From the NCBI GenBank assembly GCA_050253075.1, contig JBFWJS010000001.1, positions 288,001 to 352,000 on the forward strand: a stretch of 64,000 nt of DNA. The letters are read 5' to 3'. Under the pieces are notes generated by a model. It was not told the origin of the DNA. It was given only the letters and a program-made list of their open reading frames with translations, and did not search any database. A program made the position numbers and the translations under genes. Shown piece by piece: positions 59,355 to 64,000 of the stretch. Each line of letters starts with the position of its first letter. The first letter of the stretch is position 1. This stretch comes from Deferribacterales bacterium. GTDB lineage: Bacteria > Chrysiogenota > Deferribacteres > Deferribacterales > Geovibrionaceae.

Positions 59355-60092
59355 CTAGTCGTTTTCGTGTATATTTTTATAAACTGCAAACTGTTTTGCA
59401 ATTCTTCCGCTTCGCCCTCCTCTATCCATAGCATAAACTTCGGCATCTCTTTCCCATCCGTCGTAAAGCGGTATTTCGAATATTTTCAGATAATTTTCCA
59501 CAATTTTGAGATAATCTTTTTTGATTATCGGATAAAAACCTATCGTAAGACCGAATCTGGCAAACAGAGATGTCTTTTCGTTTTCGTCGTCTCTGTCGTA
59601 AAGGTCACCCGTGTCGGCGGCCTTTTCGGTTATCATGTGTCTTTTGTTTGATGTCGCAACGAATATGCAGTTTTTCGGAACTTCCTCCAGACCGCCTTCC
59701 AGCACAGACTTAAACATCCTGTAGAGGATATCGTTTGCATCGAATGATATGTCATCTAAATATATCATAACATATCTTTTATCCATTTTCCGTATTTCCG
59801 CATAGAGATCATAGATAGAGAGCACATCTTCGTTGCGGAACTCGACCGCTGTCAGCCCCTTCTGAGCATATTCATGCAGCATCAGCTTCACTATAGTAGA
59901 CTTACCCAGCCCTCTTTCGCCCCATAGCAGCATGTTCAGAGCGGGCTTTCCGCTGACGAATGCTTTGATATTCTTCTCTGTCAGGTCTATCTGCCTGTCT
60001 ATGGAGACAAGGTCGCTCCGTTTAACAGGGTCAACATGCTCTATCTGCACCAGACCGCCGCTAACCCATCTATATGCGTGTATAAGGCTCAT
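59355..60092 (-). CDS. DUF815 family AAA+ ATPase
   Basis: PALNMLLWGERGLGKS, YLDDISF, KSVLEGGLE, ATSNKRH, EKTSLFARFGL, RGGRSGRIAKQF. Confidence 0.9.
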   Translation of the reverse strand: MSLIHAYRWVSGGLVQIEHVDPVKRSDLVSIDRQIDLTEKNIKAFVSGKPALNMLLWGERGLGKSTIVKLMLHEYAQKGLTAVEFRNEDVLSIYDLYAEIRKMDKRYVMIYLDDISFDANDILYRMFKSVLEGGLEEVPKNCIFVATSNKRHMITEKAADTGDLYDRDDENEKTSLFARFGLTIGFYPIIKKDYLKIVENYLKIFEIPLYDGWERDAEVYAMDRGGRSGRIAKQFAVYKNIHEND

Positions 60093-61070
60093 TTACTCAG
60101 CCTTAAGAGCTTTGGCAGCCTCTTTTGCATAGTATGTAAGGATGATGTCTGCGCCGGCACGCTTTATAGACATAAGGGACTCCATCATTGCCCTGTGTCC
60201 GTCCAGCCAGCCCATCTTATCCGCTGCCATTATCATGCTGTATTCACCGCTTACGTGGTATGCGGCTACGGGTCTGTCAAAGTTTTCTTTCAGGTCGCTG
60301 ATGATGTCGAGGTATGGGAGAGCAGGTTTCACCATGATGATGTCTGCGCCTTCCATTATGTCGAGCTCAGTCTCTTTCAGAGCTTCACGTCTGTTTGCAG
60401 GGTCCATCTGATATGTCTTTCTGTCGCCGAATGACGGTGTTGATTCTGCCGCTTCACGGAAAGGACCGTAGAAAGCCGAGCAGTACTTCGCAGAGTAGCT
60501 CATTATAGGCACATCTTCGAATCCGTGGTCGTCGAGTATCTCACGGAGCACGTCTACACGTCCGTCCATCATATCACTCGGAGCAACAACATCCGCCCCC
60601 GCCTTAGCATGTGTCAGAGCTTCCGCTGCGAGGTGCTTCAGTGTCTCGTCATTGTCCACATCTTCGCCTTTCAGTATGCCGCAGTGGCCGTGATCTGTGT
60701 ATTCACACATGCACACGTCCGTCATGACGAGGAGCTTCTTGCATTCTTTTTTGATAGCACGGATAGCTTTCTGCACTATGCCGTCTTCGTTATATGCTTC
60801 GGAGCCGTGGGCATCTTTAAATGCAGGAATGCCGAAAAGGATAACTGCGGGGATGCCGAGCGCCTCGACCTCTTTGCACTCCTCCACCAGCACATCCACG
60901 GACATCTGGTAAACATCGGGCATGGAGCCAACGGGCTTTTTGACCCCTTCGCCTTCACACACGAAGAGCGGGTATATAAAATCGCTTGCGGAGAGTGTTG
61001 TCTCTCTCACCATGCTTCTCATTGTTGCGTTTTTTCTCAGTCTTCTGGGTCTGTCCACAGGAAAAGCCAT
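60093..61070 (-). CDS. hemB: porphobilinogen synthase
   Basis: [50 protein letters not shown]. Confidence 0.98.
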   Translation of the reverse strand: MAFPVDRPRRLRKNATMRSMVRETTLSASDFIYPLFVCEGEGVKKPVGSMPDVYQMSVDVLVEECKEVEALGIPAVILFGIPAFKDAHGSEAYNEDGIVQKAIRAIKKECKKLLVMTDVCMCEYTDHGHCGILKGEDVDNDETLKHLAAEALTHAKAGADVVAPSDMMDGRVDVLREILDDHGFEDVPIMSYSAKYCSAFYGPFREAAESTPSFGDRKTYQMDPANRREALKETELDIMEGADIIMVKPALPYLDIISDLKENFDRPVAAYHVSGEYSMIMAADKMGWLDGHRAMMESLMSIKRAGADIILTYYAKEAAKALKAE

Positions 61071-61083
61071 ATCGTGTCTCCTT

Positions 61084-61767
61084 TTAACTAAGTTCTTTTA
61101 TTAATTTTACCATCCAGTCCAGGGTGAAATCATCAGGATATCTGCTGTCGTGTCCTAAATGTCTCACTTCGTCCGCCGTAGTCTTTCCTATACTGACAAT
61201 CTGCTGTGATACATGTTCCACATTTTCAAGCATAGCTTTTGCGGCGGATGGGGATGCGAATGTTATTATGTCTATCTCGTTATCTTTGAGAAATTTGTCT
61301 ATGTGCCCTTCGGGGTATGTCACCTGTCTGGTCTGATATGTGGTGACCATGCTGACTTTTGCGCCCCTGCTTTTGAGGTATTCGTGGAAGTCTCCCGCAC
61401 GGGTCTTCGCACCGGGGAAGAGAAACTTTTTGTCCTCTACTTCCTTATCTGCGAAAAGCTCCTTCATCCCTTCGGCTGAAAATGTCTCGGGCATTATGTC
61501 TGCCTTTATCCCCATCTCCAGCAGGGCATCTGCCGTTGCGGGTCCGACGGCAACTATATTCTCGATGAGCACCTTATTTACATAGGGTTTGAAAAATTTG
61601 ACGGCATTTATACTGGTAAAGACGCCGTAGTCATACTCGCCGGAGATAATGGCGGGCACAGCCGCACACTCTATCATCGGCAGGCTGAAAGGTGTCAGCC
61701 CGAAGGCCTCCAGCTTATCGGCAAATACCTGATATTTCTCCTCTTCTCTTGTGACGAGCACGTTCAT
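61084..61767 (-). CDS. hemD: uroporphyrinogen-III synthase
   Basis: [33 protein letters not shown]; lies between hemC and hemB. Confidence 0.93.
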   Translation of the reverse strand: MNVLVTREEEKYQVFADKLEAFGLTPFSLPMIECAAVPAIISGEYDYGVFTSINAVKFFKPYVNKVLIENIVAVGPATADALLEMGIKADIMPETFSAEGMKELFADKEVEDKKFLFPGAKTRAGDFHEYLKSRGAKVSMVTTYQTRQVTYPEGHIDKFLKDNEIDIITFASPSAAKAMLENVEHVSQQIVSIGKTTADEVRHLGHDSRYPDDFTLDWMVKLIKELS

Positions 61768-61771
61768 ATGC

Positions 61772-62698
61772 TTAGTCTGCCTGAGAGTATATCTCTTCCA
61801 GTATCTCTTTCGCTCCGGCTGCGAGAACCTTCTCCGCCAGCTCCAGTCCGAGCTGTTCGGAGTCCGCTGCCTTGCCTTCGATAACCTGTTCGATGAATGT
61901 CTTGCCTGCGAGGTCGGCGACGATGCCTTTCATGCATATTCTATCGCCTGTGATGACAGAATGTCCTGCGATAGGCGCCTGACATCCGCCCTCAAGCCTG
62001 CGGAGGAAAGCACGCTCCATCTTCACACGTGTCTCTGTCTCAGGGTCTTTGAGGAATTTCAGCAGTTCCTTCATCTCTGTGTCGTTCTCTCTGATCTGCA
62101 TACCGAGAGCACCCTGACAGCAAGCGGGGAGCATCTCTTCCGTTGTGAAGGTCTGCTTTACCCTGTGTCCGAACTCGAGGCGGACAAGGCCTGCTTTCGC
62201 AAGGATGATAGCGTCGTATTCGCCCGCTTCCAGTTTTGCGAGGCGGGTGTTCACGTTTCCTCTCAGGTCTTTGATGACCAGGTCGGGACGCAGTCTCATG
62301 AGCTGAAGTTTTCTTCTGAGGGAGCTTGTGCCGACGATTGCGCCGTTTGGCAGGTCGGACACTTCATTATATTTTTCAGAAACAAAGCAGTCGTACGGAG
62401 TCTCACCCTCGGGCGATGCGTAAAGCTCGAGCCCCTCAGGCATTTCCATAGGCACATCCTTCATACTGTGTACGGCGATGTCTGCCTGTCCGTCGATAAG
62501 CGCCTGCTCGATCTCTTTAACAAAGAGACCTTTACCGCCTATCTTTGCCAGCGGCACATCGAGGATCTTGTCCCCTTTGGTCTTGATGATGTTCAGCTCC
62601 ACTTCGACACCGTGTTCTTTCTGAAGACGGTGTCTGGTGTAATAAGCCTGCCAAAGTGCAAGGTTGCTTCCTCGTGTCGCTATAACTACTTTTTTCAT
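61772..62698 (-). CDS. hemC: hydroxymethylbilane synthase
   Basis: ATRGSNLALWQA, GGKGLFVKE, AVHSMKD, GTSSLRR, LRGNVNTRL, LEGGCQAP. Confidence 0.98.
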   Translation of the reverse strand: MKKVVIATRGSNLALWQAYYTRHRLQKEHGVEVELNIIKTKGDKILDVPLAKIGGKGLFVKEIEQALIDGQADIAVHSMKDVPMEMPEGLELYASPEGETPYDCFVSEKYNEVSDLPNGAIVGTSSLRRKLQLMRLRPDLVIKDLRGNVNTRLAKLEAGEYDAIILAKAGLVRLEFGHRVKQTFTTEEMLPACCQGALGMQIRENDTEMKELLKFLKDPETETRVKMERAFLRRLEGGCQAPIAGHSVITGDRICMKGIVADLAGKTFIEQVIEGKAADSEQLGLELAEKVLAAGAKEILEEIYSQAD

Positions 62699-62702
62699 AA
62701 GT

Positions 62703-63965
62703 CTAATCCTCTAACTCAAACAATATTTTCATAGCTTCGTCCAGCGTATACCTTCCGCCTTCGGAGCTTTTATTCTTAAGGTTTTTCAGTGGTGTATGCA
62801 GAACTTTGTTCATGTATGCGCTAACAAGGTAATGCATCTTTCTGATCTCGTCATCGGACGGCTTGTTCTTCTCGCAGAAGCGTTTTATCTCTGCCTCTTT
62901 GATATCCTCAAACTGCTGTCTGAATGACTTTATCACAGGGACGATCTTCATGGATTCGAGCCATCCGTAGAAGCCCTCCAGACCATGAAGTATATATTCC
63001 TCAGCCTTTACGGCCTCTTTCTCTCTCTGTTTCTTATTCGCCTCGACCACGGCTTTCAGGTCGTCCACGTCATAGACATACACGTTGTCCACTTCGTTTA
63101 TCTTCGGGTCGATGTCTCTCGGCACTGCTATGTCTATGAAGAACATAGGGCGCTTCTTACGTCCTATCATAGCCTTCTGTGCGTCGTCCTTTGTCACCAG
63201 CAGGTTTGTGGCGCCGGTGGAGCTGAGAACTATGTCGAAATCATGGAGGTGCTCATTGAACGAATCGAAAGGGAGCGTCGAACCGCCGACCTCACCCGCC
63301 AGCCATTCAGCCTTTGCCAGTGTACGGTTTGTCACCGTGATGCTGCCCACGCCCGCTGTGTTCATGTGCCTTGCCGCCAGCTCACACATCTCTCCCGCAC
63401 CGATGATCAGCGCATTATGCTTTGAAAGATCGCCGAATATCTTTGCAGCGAGCTCCACGGCAGCATAGCTGACAGATACGGGGTTTTCACCGATACCTGT
63501 GTATGTGCGCACTTTTTTGGTGGTTTTGATGGTGAATTCTTCGAGCTTCCGGATGAAAGAGCCCGCACCGCCGAATTCACGGGATGCTTCAAAAGAGTCC
63601 TTCACCTGTCCGAATATCTGAGGCTCGCCCATGACAAGCGAATCGAGACCGCTCGCCACACGGAAAATGTGACGCACGGAGTCCTCACCGCAGTGGATAT
63701 AGGTATATTTACGAAGCTCTGTCCTGTCCATGTTGCAGTGTTCGGAGAGAATCTCCAGCACGCTCTCAATGTTACAGAGGAAGTCGTCTGTGACGATATA
63801 ATATTCCACCCTGTTGCAGGTGGAGATTATCATCGCTTCGTATATACGGTCATTTTCCATGACCTCTGTGTATATCTGCGCCAGCTCGTCACCCTCGACA
63901 GCCAGCACCTCACGCACCTCAACAGGGGCGGAGTTATGATTAAGACCAAGTACCGCTAGTTGCAT
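62703..63965 (-). CDS. hemA: glutamyl-tRNA reductase
   Basis: GLNHNSAPVEVRE, STCNRVE, SGLDSLVMGEPQIFGQVK, IGAGEM, DIAVPRDI. Confidence 0.98.
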   Translation of the reverse strand: MQLAVLGLNHNSAPVEVREVLAVEGDELAQIYTEVMENDRIYEAMIISTCNRVEYYIVTDDFLCNIESVLEILSEHCNMDRTELRKYTYIHCGEDSVRHIFRVASGLDSLVMGEPQIFGQVKDSFEASREFGGAGSFIRKLEEFTIKTTKKVRTYTGIGENPVSVSYAAVELAAKIFGDLSKHNALIIGAGEMCELAARHMNTAGVGSITVTNRTLAKAEWLAGEVGGSTLPFDSFNEHLHDFDIVLSSTGATNLLVTKDDAQKAMIGRKKRPMFFIDIAVPRDIDPKINEVDNVYVYDVDDLKAVVEANKKQREKEAVKAEEYILHGLEGFYGWLESMKIVPVIKSFRQQFEDIKEAEIKRFCEKNKPSDDEIRKMHYLVSAYMNKVLHTPLKNLKNKSSEGGRYTLDEAMKILFELED

Positions 63966-63968
63966 TTG

Positions 63969-64000
63969 CTATCCCATAATGAAAAATGCCACACCTATAT
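63969..64000 (-). CDS. 3' end of an upstream membrane protein gene (partial; possibly CcsA-like by context)
   Basis: Minus frame ...IGVAFFIMG-TAG ends 3 nt before the hemA ATG; hydrophobic tail only. Confidence 0.4.
   Translation of the reverse strand, partial: IGVAFFIMG

Overview
64 kb of mostly core chromosomal DNA from an anaerobic Gram-negative bacterium. Gene order and content (pheA-hisC-aroF-tyrA-aroA-cmk-ispH-rpsA-sppA; hemA-C-D-B; sucrose synthase) suggest a Deferribacterota relative such as Denitrovibrio or Seleniivibrio; this is an inference. Housekeeping blocks cover aromatic amino acids, tkt/gpmI/gap/pgk, tetrapyrrole synthesis, LPS heptosyltransferases and RNA modification. Accessory blocks include fur/feoA, a tandem pair of small paralogous unknown proteins behind a Fur-box-like site, a sigma54-driven periplasmic stress module, three orphan histidine kinases, a pfkB-SPS/SPP-sucrose synthase cluster, a NUDIX-CYTH-LysR/CMD block, two oddly degenerate crotonase paralogues and a ybcL-ybcM-like pair. 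I saw no rRNA, tRNA, CRISPR array, transposase or integrase. Two signals span the window: (i) at least 8 genes have a sigma70 -10 box 5-8 nt before an SD-less ATG, which suggests leaderless mRNAs; (ii) a dispersed REP-like palindromic repeat (AGATTGC...CTCGCAATGAC) occurs three times.
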